DNA of 64,000 nucleotides from Escherichia phage AV126. The notes under the pieces are model-generated. The model saw only the letters and a program-made list of their open reading frames with translations, did not search any database and was not told the origin of the DNA. Below, in pieces: positions 28,601 through 38,751 of the stretch. The position numbers and the translations under genes are program-made. The stretch lies in sequence record OR352956.1. One strand, 5' to 3'. The stretch's first letter is position 1, and the number at the start of each line of letters is the position of its first letter.

Positions 28601-29146
28601 ATGATATTTACAAATTTTAAAAAGTATATTCCTGAAGATCCTGAACTAAAAGAATTGGTAGAAGCAGAGAACATTCTTTTCCTTCGTTGTGATCAAGGTT
28701 ACGATTGGTATGATTTACGTAGCACAGAATTCAATAACGATAAAATGAAAGTCGTTTTTGATGATCAAAATCGTATTGTGTTTTGGAATACTGATCCTAC
28801 ACTACTTTGCCCTGAAGATCTTTCTATAGCACAAGTAGACTTTAATATAGATACTTTTGAGGATATTAGGAACAAGGTTTTAGATTTAGAAACCTTAACT
28901 CTTAAGGATAAAGAGTATTCCCGTGAAGAGTTGATGACACAAACTAGTGCAAAGATTCGCTCTTTACAAGAAACAGCGGTAGCACTTATAACACCTTTAC
29001 AATATGCTAAAGATTTAGAAATGGCTACTGAAGATGAATTAGCTTATCTTAAAAATCTTCAAGTTTATGTGGTTAAACTAAACCGTGTTCCGCTTCAAAA
29101 AAACTATCCTTACGCTATAGATTGGCCTACATTACCGACGGAATAA
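28601..29146 (+). CDS. tail fibre assembly protein (Tfa-like chaperone)
   Basis: 181 aa; C-terminus (LQYAKDLEMATEDELAYLKNLQVYVVKLNRV...IDWPTLP) matches the conserved Tfa motif. Confidence 0.7.
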   Translation: MIFTNFKKYIPEDPELKELVEAENILFLRCDQGYDWYDLRSTEFNNDKMKVVFDDQNRIVFWNTDPTLLCPEDLSIAQVDFNIDTFEDIRNKVLDLETLTLKDKEYSREELMTQTSAKIRSLQETAVALITPLQYAKDLEMATEDELAYLKNLQVYVVKLNRVPLQKNYPYAIDWPTLPTE

Positions 29147-29155
29147 GGGATCACT

Positions 29156-29491
29156 ATGGAATTTCAAGAAGCATGGGGACTTGCAAAGGATGCAATCATC
29201 CCTTTAATCGGAGTCATCTGGTTCTTTTTCAAACAAAAAATGGATAAATTCGGCTCTGATCTTGAGGAAATGGAGGAGAAAAGTCGAGAGCTAGAGAAGA
29301 AGTTGGTCTTTGTTGAATCAACTTATGCAACTAAAGCCGAACTTACCCAGATGCTAAATCAAATTAACTCTACATTAATGGCAAATAATAACACTCTTGA
29401 GCAAAAGATTGAAAAGATTATGGACCTCAAGAATGCTACTATTCAAATGATGCTAGATGACATAGTTAAACGTACACAGAATAAGGGGTAA
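29156..29491 (+). CDS. membrane-anchored coiled-coil protein (holin- or spanin-like topology)
   Basis: 111 aa; single N-terminal TM (AIIPLIGVIWFFF) then coiled coil; GGGATCAC SD. Confidence 0.3.
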   Translation: MEFQEAWGLAKDAIIPLIGVIWFFFKQKMDKFGSDLEEMEEKSRELEKKLVFVESTYATKAELTQMLNQINSTLMANNNTLEQKIEKIMDLKNATIQMMLDDIVKRTQNKG

Positions 29492-29494
29492 TTA

Positions 29495-32400
29495 ATGGCA
29501 ACATTCCCAACATATCCAGCAACGTCTCTTGAACAGGGCGTAGATCTGGTTATTTTCTCGTCTAACCAACTCCATGATGTTATTAATGGAAGTGCTACAG
29601 AGAGTATTGAAACAGAATCAGGGTTGATACCAACCCTGAGAAAAGCCCTTGTTGACAACTTTTTCTTTAAAAGTCCATTAGATTGGGCGCAAGGCACAAA
29701 CGAAACAGTTTTTAACCAACTTCGTTATTTCCAGAACGGAGTGTTGAGTGGTTATTACTATGCGCCTAATGCTACGCTGGTAAACCCAATTCCTATGCAA
29801 GGGACTCCAGTAGGAGATAACAACTGGGTATTGTGGGGACTGAAGACAGAACAACTAGCAACAGAAGTCACCCCTTGGGTATATTCTGGTGCAACTGGTT
29901 ATGAAACAGTAATCAGTCCTCCCTACATCTTTGATAGTGCTATTGTTACAATCAATGGTGTTATTCAGGTTCTGGGAGAAGCTTTCCGCATAGAAGATAG
30001 TAAAATCATTTTATCTGAACCTTTGGGACATGATCCTGCAACAGGACTGCCAAACAAGCTTTTTGCCTATATTGGTAAAATCGTAGCTTCCGCAGATACA
30101 GATCCTAACTTAGAAAACCGTCTTGTCAGTTTAGAAACAAAAACTGAAGAACTGACAGAAAGCATGGATAAAGTACCTTTACAAACTATTGCTCGTAAAT
30201 ACGGTTTGTTGGATGACGAAGTAGCTTACGCAACAGCGGGTCAATCATTAACAGGGATTAAAGCTCTGTATGATCCGGTAGCACAATCTTCCTACACATT
30301 GCCTCCTAACATCACAGGGACTTTAACATCTTTGTCTGTTTCTGGAGTAATGACTTATTCTGGCGGATCTGTAGATCTTTCTGCATTAGCTGTTGAACGT
30401 GGACAGTTTGTTCATTTGCCTACAAGCTTTGGTAATAATGTAACTCTGACAGCTAAAAATCAGACGATTGGGCGTGGCGCTGGTCGCTATCGTTGGGCGG
30501 GAAGTTTACCAAAAAGTATTTTAGCTTCTGATACATTGGAAACAAGTGGTGGATTAGGTCCAAATGCATGGGTTCTAACTAATACAGAAGGACTGTTAAC
30601 CCCTCGTGGTGGAACATACAACGATTTATTCGATGTTGTCCACTTGTCAGAATTTGCTAACAATACAACTACATATACCACACCAGAAGCAGCTTTCCAG
30701 GCGGCACTGTTAGCAGCAAAAGCTTCGAAAAGTAAGATTCTCGACGCTTACGGTTGCGATATGACTTTCACGACAAGCTCTTTTGATATTCAAGATATCA
30801 CTTTGCGTGGGGGTGTGTTCCGTGGTCAACGCGACTATCGTGTGCAAAATGCTACAGTAGAAGGCACAACTTTCCGTAACTCTCGTGTTATGTATTGGGG
30901 TGGTGCTGTGCGCATGTTCGATTGTTTGTGGGACGGTGCTCCTCGCGCAGGTCAAGTTGGTAGCTTGGTATTCCAAGGCAACCCAATATCAGGTACTTTT
31001 GAAATTGATAATTGTACTTTTAAAAATGGGTTATATGGCATCCTTCAACAAGGAACAGGGGAACCAGTAACACGCGGTGTCTTCCGTAACCTTACCTTCA
31101 TGGACATGCAAGGTGATGCAATAGAACTGAACGTCATCAATAAACATTATGATGATGGTTGTGTGATTGAGAATATTTACCTGTCTAATATCGATGGGAC
31201 TAACGCTCCTATTCCTCTGTCCAACTGGGGTATCGGTATTGGTGTAGCTGGTAAAGGACCATATGGTTACGGAATCCCTGATGATCAATATTGCAAGAAT
31301 ATTACAATTCGTAACGTTTTTGCAAAACGTTGTCGTCAGATTGTCCACGTAGAAGTTGGCCGTAATATTTCTATCGAAAACATTCATGGCGATCCAGATC
31401 AAACTGTATCTGTTGGGACAGGTTTGGCAACTGGCGCAGTTGTAATGTATGGAAGTAAAGATTTTACGATTGATGGTGTTTACGGAGAGCCTAAAACAGA
31501 CGGTAGCACACTTGCAAGTAATATCCGTATGATTTATTTGGAGTGGGGAACTAACGCAGTTCTGGACGAAGAGGGCAATCCGGTAGTTCCGGCACAGGGC
31601 AGACCTTCAAACCCATGCTTTAACTATTCTGTTCGTAACATTCACACCAAAACTGGGCGTGTTTTTGCAGGAGTTTCCGCTGGGCCAGGTTATGAAAACA
31701 GAGTCAGCTTTGAGAATATCCGTTGTGCTGCGTTGCAGTTGTTCGGTGTAGCTTCTTGGCTTTCAATGTCTAACATCACCTGTAATATCTTTGATTGTGT
31801 TGGTCAACCTGAATCTGGTCCAGGGACATTTTATGATGGATTCTTCCGTAGAGAAAAATCTGTTCTTGAGATGGTTAACGTAAACTGTTACCCAGATGGC
31901 AAGACTATGGTTACTGGTCGTCCACAGTGGAGCCGTTGCCGTTACTCTGATATTCATCGTGTCAACTGTAATGTTGAAGCTAATATGTATACCAATATCG
32001 CAGGTGGTATTGGAGCTATTGTAGGGACAACTGGCAAAGTTTATTACTTAGAGCCTAACCCTAGCCGAAACATTGATGGGATGCATTTCCCAACAGGGAA
32101 GGAGTTTGACAAAGGGGATATGATAGTCAAAGCGGATAATACGTTCTTCCTTGTAACAACAAGTGGGGCATACATTCCAGATATCCCAGCTTTCGGTATT
32201 CGAGCTACACAGGCAGGAGATACCTTCCTGACACAGAACTTGACTCCTAACGGGACAGCAACAAACGCTTCTTGGTTGTATCACTATCCTCTGTCAGCAG
32301 GAACACGTATCCGTATTCCTGGTGCTGGTGTAGGTGGAGCAGATTTGGACACAGTTATTACTCGTGCACCTTATCAAGATAATGATACGTGGACTAACCC

Positions 32401-32548
32401 AGTTAAAATAGACATTGCAGATCCAATTGTAACGCCTACGAGTGCTGGAGTTAGAATCAAAACCATACCTAACGATTCTAGTAATGTTTCTGTAGGTAAT
32501 ACTGCGGTTATTCGCCCAACACCAGTGGTAGATGTGCCAACAACCTAA
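29495..32548 (+). CDS. tailspike protein with right-handed beta-helix (pectate-lyase-like) domain
   Basis: 1017 aa; central region with periodic Asn/Ile/Val/Gly repeats typical of parallel beta-helix (NITIRNVF, ISIENIHGD, VFRNLTFMDMQGDAIELNV). Confidence 0.5.
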   Translation: MATFPTYPATSLEQGVDLVIFSSNQLHDVINGSATESIETESGLIPTLRKALVDNFFFKSPLDWAQGTNETVFNQLRYFQNGVLSGYYYAPNATLVNPIPMQGTPVGDNNWVLWGLKTEQLATEVTPWVYSGATGYETVISPPYIFDSAIVTINGVIQVLGEAFRIEDSKIILSEPLGHDPATGLPNKLFAYIGKIVASADTDPNLENRLVSLETKTEELTESMDKVPLQTIARKYGLLDDEVAYATAGQSLTGIKALYDPVAQSSYTLPPNITGTLTSLSVSGVMTYSGGSVDLSALAVERGQFVHLPTSFGNNVTLTAKNQTIGRGAGRYRWAGSLPKSILASDTLETSGGLGPNAWVLTNTEGLLTPRGGTYNDLFDVVHLSEFANNTTTYTTPEAAFQAALLAAKASKSKILDAYGCDMTFTTSSFDIQDITLRGGVFRGQRDYRVQNATVEGTTFRNSRVMYWGGAVRMFDCLWDGAPRAGQVGSLVFQGNPISGTFEIDNCTFKNGLYGILQQGTGEPVTRGVFRNLTFMDMQGDAIELNVINKHYDDGCVIENIYLSNIDGTNAPIPLSNWGIGIGVAGKGPYGYGIPDDQYCKNITIRNVFAKRCRQIVHVEVGRNISIENIHGDPDQTVSVGTGLATGAVVMYGSKDFTIDGVYGEPKTDGSTLASNIRMIYLEWGTNAVLDEEGNPVVPAQGRPSNPCFNYSVRNIHTKTGRVFAGVSAGPGYENRVSFENIRCAALQLFGVASWLSMSNITCNIFDCVGQPESGPGTFYDGFFRREKSVLEMVNVNCYPDGKTMVTGRPQWSRCRYSDIHRVNCNVEANMYTNIAGGIGAIVGTTGKVYYLEPNPSRNIDGMHFPTGKEFDKGDMIVKADNTFFLVTTSGAYIPDIPAFGIRATQAGDTFLTQNLTPNGTATNASWLYHYPLSAGTRIRIPGAGVGGADLDTVITRAPYQDNDTWTNPVKIDIADPIVTPTSAGVRIKTIPNDSSNVSVGNTAVIRPTPVVDVPTT

Positions 32549-32557
32549 TGGAAATAG

Positions 32558-32585
32558 AGAGGGGGGATTCCCCCCTCTTCTTCCA
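32558..32585 (+). terminator. hairpin terminator after tailspike gene
   Basis: AGAGGGGGG-att-CCCCCCTCT 9 bp stem followed by TCTTCC. Confidence 0.5.
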
Positions 32586-32614
32586 ATAGAATGGTCTAAT
32601 AATAGGAGAGATAA

Positions 32615-34639
32615 ATGAATTTAACAAGACCTAATAGTGCGATAGCCGATCTGGTAGAAGCTACTTATCGAAAACGTCGCAGTTTTGAGGCAGGTTTTAC
32701 ATTACGTAATTCCCGTGAAGTTTTGCTGTTAGCGGCAGAAGGGAATTATTACCAATGGAAAGGAACTTTTCCTAAAGTAGTTCCAGCAAACTCTACGCCA
32801 GCCACCACAGGCGGTATTTCTTCCCTTGCATGGCAAAGTGTTGGGACCGCTGATGATATAGCAATTATCAATGCCAAGTTTACGGCAATGCAGCAACAGA
32901 TTGATGATCTGTCGGAAACAATACCTGAAGCTGGTAAATCGGCTTATCAGATCGCACTTGATAATGGTTTTGTTGGAACAGAAGCACAATGGCTTGCTTC
33001 TTTGAAAGGGGATACTGGTGCTCAACTTAATATTAAAGGATCGTTAGCAAGCACTAGTGAACTACCATCTACAGGTAACGTTGCAGGGGATGGTTATATC
33101 GTAGGCGATGTGATTTACGCTTGGGACGGTTCTGTTTGGAAACTTATTTCTTCTCTTGGACCAGAAGGGAAATCAGCTTACGAGGTATGGTTGGCAGATG
33201 GTAATACAGGATCTGTTTATGACTTTCTTGCCTCTATAAAAGGTGATAAAGGAGACGTTGGTCCTACAGGTCCACAGGGTGCACCTGGTGTCAACGCTAA
33301 TGGTTTTGATTACCGTGGAGATTTGCCTTCTACAAGTAACTTACCACAACCTAACTCTGAAAACGTAAGCCAAGCTTATTCTATTAATGGTAATCTTTAT
33401 GTCTCTAATGGGACAGCTTGGGTCAACATGGGTAATATTGTTGGTCCTCAAGGTCCACAAGGTGAGGCAGGTAAAGACGGTCTAGATGGAACAGATGGAG
33501 ACGAAGGGAAATCTGCATATCAAAGTTGGCTGGACGCTGGTAATGAAGGGACAGAAGTAGATTTTATTGCCTCGCTTAAAGGTCCAAAAGGAGACAAGGG
33601 AGAGCAAGGAGAACGAGGACCACAAGGCGAATTAGGTCCACAAGGACCAGTGGGTGCAACAGGATCAGGTTTAGAGATTATCGGGGTTCTGAACAGCGAA
33701 GCTGAACTTCCTCCGACTGGAGAAGTAGGTGACGCATATAAAATTAATAATGATTTGTATGTTTGGGTTCAAGATGCTACGGAATGGATGAATGTTGGTA
33801 GTCTTGGAGGAACATCAATTACAGCTAAAGGTCATGTTCCGAACAGTGAAGCTCTACCTGTTTACAATAACTATGGTGATGCCTACTTAACTGAAGACAC
33901 TAGTAATCTTTACATCTATACCTACGATCAAGACACCAATTCCGCATCTTTTGTTGACATGGGAAGTATTAAAGGCGACAAAGGTGAAAAAGGGGATAAA
34001 GGAGATAAGGGTGATCCTGGAACAAACGGAACCAACGGTACTGATGGGACCAACGGTAAGGACGGCGCACAGTGGTTTGTAGCAACAACTAATCCAGTCG
34101 CAGGAGACGGTGTTATCAATGATTACGCCTTCAATACTACCACTGGAGCAGTGTTTAAGAAAACAGATTCTTCTACGTGGACACTTATAGGAACTCTTCC
34201 TAGTATACCAGAAGCCCCTCAAGACGGCTTGACGTATGGTCGTTCTGATGGAAACTGGATCGAAATATCAGGATCAGATCCTACGGAAGCTATAACACCA
34301 ACTAGAGTTACAGCAGGTTTCATGGAACTTGAAACAACTACTACCAACTCTGGAGCATCTTGGACTCCTTCTGGAACTTCCAATATGTATGTTGTTACAG
34401 TAACTGACGCTCTGACAGTTGGAGCATGGCCTGGTGTCACTGGCTCTACAAAACCTAAAGCGTTTTCAGCAATGATTTATTTGATTCAAGATACAACGGG
34501 ACACACGGTTACACTAGATGCGTCTTATGGAGCACTAAATGATACAGAAATAGCAACTACTGCTAACGCAGTAACAATTTTGCAATTAACGTATCCTGGT
34601 GTGGGTGATATCGTGGACATGGTTGTTGTAACACGATAA
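32615..34639 (+). CDS. collagen-like repeat tail fibre protein
   Basis: 674 aa; four Gly-X-Y blocks alternating with repeated GKSAYQ...SLKG modules; own terminators on both sides. Confidence 0.65.
   Translation: MNLTRPNSAIADLVEATYRKRRSFEAGFTLRNSREVLLLAAEGNYYQWKGTFPKVVPANSTPATTGGISSLAWQSVGTADDIAIINAKFTAMQQQIDDLSETIPEAGKSAYQIALDNGFVGTEAQWLASLKGDTGAQLNIKGSLASTSELPSTGNVAGDGYIVGDVIYAWDGSVWKLISSLGPEGKSAYEVWLADGNTGSVYDFLASIKGDKGDVGPTGPQGAPGVNANGFDYRGDLPSTSNLPQPNSENVSQAYSINGNLYVSNGTAWVNMGNIVGPQGPQGEAGKDGLDGTDGDEGKSAYQSWLDAGNEGTEVDFIASLKGPKGDKGEQGERGPQGELGPQGPVGATGSGLEIIGVLNSEAELPPTGEVGDAYKINNDLYVWVQDATEWMNVGSLGGTSITAKGHVPNSEALPVYNNYGDAYLTEDTSNLYIYTYDQDTNSASFVDMGSIKGDKGEKGDKGDKGDPGTNGTNGTDGTNGKDGAQWFVATTNPVAGDGVINDYAFNTTTGAVFKKTDSSTWTLIGTLPSIPEAPQDGLTYGRSDGNWIEISGSDPTEAITPTRVTAGFMELETTTTNSGASWTPSGTSNMYVVTVTDALTVGAWPGVTGSTKPKAFSAMIYLIQDTTGHTVTLDASYGALNDTEIATTANAVTILQLTYPGVGDIVDMVVVTR
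33242..34066 (+). repeat. interrupted collagen-like Gly-X-Y triplet repeats (coding)
   Basis: Blocks at about 33242-33292, 33443-33511, 33581-33670, 33974-34066. Confidence 0.8.
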
Positions 34640-34642
34640 CAG

Positions 34643-34669
34643 AAGCCCCGAAAGGGGCTTTCTTTTTAT
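34643..34669 (+). terminator. intrinsic terminator after collagen-like gene
   Basis: AAGCCCC-gaaa-GGGGCTT hairpin followed by TCTTTTTAT. Confidence 0.75.
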
Positions 34670-34680
34670 GGAGGGTTTAA

Positions 34681-37353
34681 ATGTTTCCAATTCCAATATT
34701 TACTATTATGACCAGCACTGGTGTCGTTCCTCTGCCAGCAGGTATTGTTAAAAAAGTAATCACTTTAGATTACCCAGATAATGCTGGTAATTCTAATAGC
34801 AGTTTAGCAATTTTGCTTAATGATGGCAGATTGTTTACTCAAGGCGCAAACCTTTTTGGTGAGATTGCAGATGGAACTCGTAGTGCACGATTCAATAATT
34901 TCCACTTAGCTTCTACTGTAGTAGCGGATGTGTTTACCGCAGATCGTTGTTTTGTTATTAAAACTAACAGTGGGGGATGGCAATATTCAGGATTGACAGC
35001 AGGGTTAGTAGGATCTATAGCAGCAGGTGGGACGGATGCATGTGTAACTACTTGGACCAGCTTTCCATCTGTAATAACAGGGACTATCTCTTTAGCCAAT
35101 CTTAAAGAGGTTAAGGGAGGATATAACAACACTCTCTGGTTAATGAATAGTGGTGTTCTTTATGGATCGGGTCAAAACACAGTAGGCAGTTTAGGTGCAA
35201 GTACTACTAACGAAGTTTCTACTCCTCGTCAGATAACAAGTGCAGCAGTTGCTTTTGATGCAGGTTACAACCAATGCTCTTATGTCAACAATGTGGGAAC
35301 CTTGCGTGTTTGTGGAGCCAGCAAAGGTTTAGCAGGTAACAATAACACAACAAAAGCTTTTGTAAATGCTACGATATCCACTACTGAAACAGTGTATGTC
35401 AAAGATTACATCAATACCGTTTCCCAGACAATAGTTGTAGGAGATACCTCCGGCGGCACGGGTACAGTAAACTACTTATATGTTAGGTCTAATACAGAAA
35501 CAACCTACACTAAACTGGATACCTTTGCAGCAGGTTTCTCAACATGGAAGTTTCCACCAAGCCGCCACTCTTTTTTCGTTGGGATCAATAATTCCTTGTG
35601 GGCTATTGGTAAGAACTACACTGCAAACTTAGGTTTGGGGTATGATTCTGCGAGCGGAGATCCACTTCAAGTGGGAAAACCAGTTAAACCTGAAGGAGTG
35701 GGTTCCTGGGATATAAACAAGCTCACAAGCGTTCATACGCTGAATATGGATGTTACTAACCAATTAGGTTATCAAGGAACCTTTTTCGTTTATAATGGAG
35801 ATATGTATTATTCCGGTATTTGGAAAGATGGGAAAGCCTCGTATCTGTTCAATAGTGGTCTAAACTATAATAAATTCACACCAATAGCAAGCTCCGTGAT
35901 TACGGGTGATATTCTGGCAACTGGCTTAACTACAGATTCTTTAGGAATTTGTATTGTAGGTGGAACTAAACAGTTGACACATTCTGTTAGCCCAGAAGGA
36001 GGTAAACTTTTCAATATTAAATACACTTCTTCTGCCCCTGCAAACATGACAATATCATCTACTGGTTTAATGACTTTCCATGCAGAAGGTGGTTTTGATG
36101 CAGGTATGACAGCCTTAAACGCTGAAGGAACAACTTTATCAGATACCTCTGGAGGATATGCTTCAACATTGAGTGTTTACACCCCTAGCTTATCTGCGAT
36201 GGATGTAGGAACAACACAAACAATGGTAGCAGAAATAACGCCAACAGGAGCAGCAAGCTTACCTGGTATGGTTGTTGAGTATACAACTACAGATCCTAAT
36301 GTTGCTACAGTAGATCCTACAACTGGTGTAATAACTGGTGTTGGTGATGGTGGTTGTAGAATTGGTTGCACAGCTACGTATCAAGGTGTTGTTACCGCTT
36401 CTGATAGTTCTTATTTAACGGTGAACGCTGTTGCGGGAAAGGAGTTAGCTCCATCTCCGAGTAGTAGTCTAACGGTTCTAAACGGATATTTCAACCACTC
36501 GGCAGATGGGGCAATTACGTTCCCAATTTTATCGGGTACTGTCACACCAGCTAACTTTGTAGTTAAGGTGGATGACGTTGTAATACCTTCAAATAAAGTA
36601 ATATTTAGAAATAAAGCTTTCTCTACAGTGGATAGTTATCCAGCAGGAGAATATAGACTGGCTATTGAATTTGCAAGTGCTTCAGTAGTGAATAGTGTTG
36701 ATGTGTCTATGGAAGCAAATCCAGATCTTTTAGAATTATGGGGCGGCAACAGAATTGGTTATTCTACAAGCCCAGCCTCACAATTCTTAAAAGGTTGTGC
36801 TAACTTAAGACGAATAACTTCTGATTGTTTTAGTAACACATCTTACACCGGAACATCTATAAGTGGTATCTTCTCTGGCTGTACAAGTTTGACAGCTATC
36901 CCTGAAGGATTATTCAGTGATGCTTTATTTCCTTCAATGACAACAATGTCAAGCACGTTTGAAGGTTGTACATCTTTAACATCTATTCCTTCAGATTTAT
37001 TTAAGAATCTATCAAAAGTTACAAGATATTCTTACACCTTTAAAGATTGCACCTCTCTTGCAGAAGTTCCAGCAGGAATGTTTGATAATATTCCAACGAA
37101 AGTGACCTCTTTAACAGCTACATTCCAAGGTTGTTTAGGACTTACAGATTTTAATAAGATCTTTAATGACAACCCAGGGTTAACTGTTTGTGGTAAACGT
37201 GGAGCATTATCTTCTTTCTTTAGTGGATGCACAAATCTTACAGGAACAGGAACAACATTAACAAATACATTAGGCGGAGTAGCTAATAGTTACCTATTCA
37301 GGTATTGCACAAAACTTTCGGATTATAACAACATTCCTTCCGGTTATAAATAA
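34681..37353 (+). CDS. adhesin-like tail fibre protein with RCC1-like, Ig-like and BspA-type LRR repeats
   Basis: 890 aa; GGAGGG SD; N-terminal beta-propeller-like repeats, Ig-like segment (VATVDPTTGVITGVGDGG), C-terminal F.GCTSLT..P repeats. Confidence 0.55.
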   Translation: MFPIPIFTIMTSTGVVPLPAGIVKKVITLDYPDNAGNSNSSLAILLNDGRLFTQGANLFGEIADGTRSARFNNFHLASTVVADVFTADRCFVIKTNSGGWQYSGLTAGLVGSIAAGGTDACVTTWTSFPSVITGTISLANLKEVKGGYNNTLWLMNSGVLYGSGQNTVGSLGASTTNEVSTPRQITSAAVAFDAGYNQCSYVNNVGTLRVCGASKGLAGNNNTTKAFVNATISTTETVYVKDYINTVSQTIVVGDTSGGTGTVNYLYVRSNTETTYTKLDTFAAGFSTWKFPPSRHSFFVGINNSLWAIGKNYTANLGLGYDSASGDPLQVGKPVKPEGVGSWDINKLTSVHTLNMDVTNQLGYQGTFFVYNGDMYYSGIWKDGKASYLFNSGLNYNKFTPIASSVITGDILATGLTTDSLGICIVGGTKQLTHSVSPEGGKLFNIKYTSSAPANMTISSTGLMTFHAEGGFDAGMTALNAEGTTLSDTSGGYASTLSVYTPSLSAMDVGTTQTMVAEITPTGAASLPGMVVEYTTTDPNVATVDPTTGVITGVGDGGCRIGCTATYQGVVTASDSSYLTVNAVAGKELAPSPSSSLTVLNGYFNHSADGAITFPILSGTVTPANFVVKVDDVVIPSNKVIFRNKAFSTVDSYPAGEYRLAIEFASASVVNSVDVSMEANPDLLELWGGNRIGYSTSPASQFLKGCANLRRITSDCFSNTSYTGTSISGIFSGCTSLTAIPEGLFSDALFPSMTTMSSTFEGCTSLTSIPSDLFKNLSKVTRYSYTFKDCTSLAEVPAGMFDNIPTKVTSLTATFQGCLGLTDFNKIFNDNPGLTVCGKRGALSSFFSGCTNLTGTGTTLTNTLGGVANSYLFRYCTKLSDYNNIPSGYK
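36781..37340 (+). repeat. BspA-type leucine-rich repeats (coding, about six copies)
   Basis: Repeated FSGCTSLTAIP / FEGCTSLTSIP / FKDCTSLAEVP / FQGCLGLTDF / FSGCTNLTG / FRYCTKLSD units. Confidence 0.6.
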
Positions 37354-37355
37354 GA

Positions 37356-37385
37356 AAAGGAGCCATTTGGCTCCTTTCTTTTATA
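37356..37385. terminator. bidirectional terminator between convergent modules
   Basis: AAAGGAGCC-attt-GGCTCCTTT hairpin with T-rich flanks on both strands; between + strand stop (37353) and - strand ssb stop (37410). Confidence 0.7.
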
Positions 37386-37409
37386 AAAACTCTTTATAAA
37401 TCAATAAGA

Positions 37410-38297
37410 TCAGAACGGAATATCATCATCGAAGTCCATCGGAGGTTCTTCTTGATTACTTGGAGTTGGTTCTGGTTGTGGTTCAGGCTTTTTAACTTCT
37501 TTCTTCTCTTCTTTCTTAGGTTGTTCTGCGGAACCACGAATGGCAGCAGCAACTTTATCAGACAGAGCTAGAACTTTACGAGCAGAATCAATCAGATCTT
37601 CTACAGATACAGTCTTAATGGTATGGTCTTTACAAGCATTGAGGATAGCGTGACCAACAGATGCCCCAAGATCATAATCATTAATATCAACGCCACGAGA
37701 TTCAGCAATTTCAGATTTCAGCGTGACAGTTGCAGATTGAACAACCCCAGCGATATCGAAAGCATCGCCTTTAACACCATTACGAATCAGTTCCAGTGCA
37801 CCATTTACTGCGTGACCAGTTTCCAGACCTACAGTATCACGTTTTTTATAGGACTGTTTAGGAGCAGCATCGTTGGAACCTTTATTGCCAGAAGATTTGT
37901 TAGACTTCTGAACACCATCGGTAGACAATACTGTAATACGAGATTTTTTAGTATTGTAGTAAGTTTTACCGCCTTTATTATCAACGCGATCAATATCAAT
38001 ACTTACTTCTACACCTTTTTCAATAGTGATCCAGTTATCACCTTCTTTAACTTGCAGGTTTTCATAACCTTCTTTCAGTTCAATGTCACCAAGAGAAATC
38101 CAAACACCTTTCTCATCTGGTTTAGCACCTTTCTCTTTCAGAACAAGAGAAGCTCGGTGAGTTGAAACAATCGTTTTTCCTTCCCAATGAAAAGTTTTAG
38201 GTTCAGCGAATTTATCCAGTTTAACGTAGTCTACGATACCAGTTGCATAAGTTACGGTTTTGCCTTTACGATCAGTTTCAGTATTAATTACGGACAT
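37410..38297 (-). CDS. ssb: single-stranded DNA-binding protein
   Basis: 295 aa; AGAGGAG SD; Gly/Asn-rich linker and acidic tail ending MDFDDDIPF, identical to the E. coli SSB C-terminal tip. Confidence 0.85.
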   Translation of the reverse strand: MSVINTETDRKGKTVTYATGIVDYVKLDKFAEPKTFHWEGKTIVSTHRASLVLKEKGAKPDEKGVWISLGDIELKEGYENLQVKEGDNWITIEKGVEVSIDIDRVDNKGGKTYYNTKKSRITVLSTDGVQKSNKSSGNKGSNDAAPKQSYKKRDTVGLETGHAVNGALELIRNGVKGDAFDIAGVVQSATVTLKSEIAESRGVDINDYDLGASVGHAILNACKDHTIKTVSVEDLIDSARKVLALSDKVAAAIRGSAEQPKKEEKKEVKKPEPQPEPTPSNQEEPPMDFDDDIPF

Positions 38298-38313
38298 TAT
38301 TATCTCCTCTACA

Positions 38314-38706
38314 TTACATTAATTTTGCACAGAAAGAGCGGAGTCTTTCCATATCATCTTGCTCTAACAGGTATTTACCTTTACCTATTCCAACTCCAAT
38401 TTCACCATTAGGAAAATGAACTATTTGCACTGGGAAACCTCCGAGTTTAATTGTGGCAGCTTTGCCTTCTTCGTCTATAACGTTTCGGATTGTATCTTGC
38501 AGTGAAATGAATTCTTTGTTTGTAACAGTGGTTTCAATTATTTCAGATGTTTCAACACGAGCAGTTAGCTTCTTGTTTCCACCTTGAATAACCAAAATTT
38601 GAAAATAAAAAGAGTTGTCAAGACCTACAACATTTTTCTCAACTAGTGTTAAACTGGTATAATTTCCATAAACAGTTTCAACAGCTATCTTAGAACGTTC
38701 AGTCAT
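38314..38706 (-). CDS. hypothetical protein
   Basis: 130 aa, tandem with ssb. Confidence 0.5.
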   Translation of the reverse strand: MTERSKIAVETVYGNYTSLTLVEKNVVGLDNSFYFQILVIQGGNKKLTARVETSEIIETTVTNKEFISLQDTIRNVIDEEGKAATIKLGGFPVQIVHFPNGEIGVGIGKGKYLLEQDDMERLRSFCAKLM

Positions 38707-38751
38707 TGAATGCTATCCTATCATAAAATGTTTAATATTGTCAAGCTTTAA

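Noticed and set aside
33242-34066. Periodic short repeats considered as a possible CRISPR-like or non-coding array
   Set aside because: Repeats have strict 9 nt (Gly-X-Y) periodicity within one long ORF; no repeat-spacer architecture.
37623-38165. 180 aa + strand ORF antisense to ssb
   Set aside because: Embedded in the ssb gene, which has diagnostic C-terminal and linker features; Phe/Ile-rich low-complexity translation.
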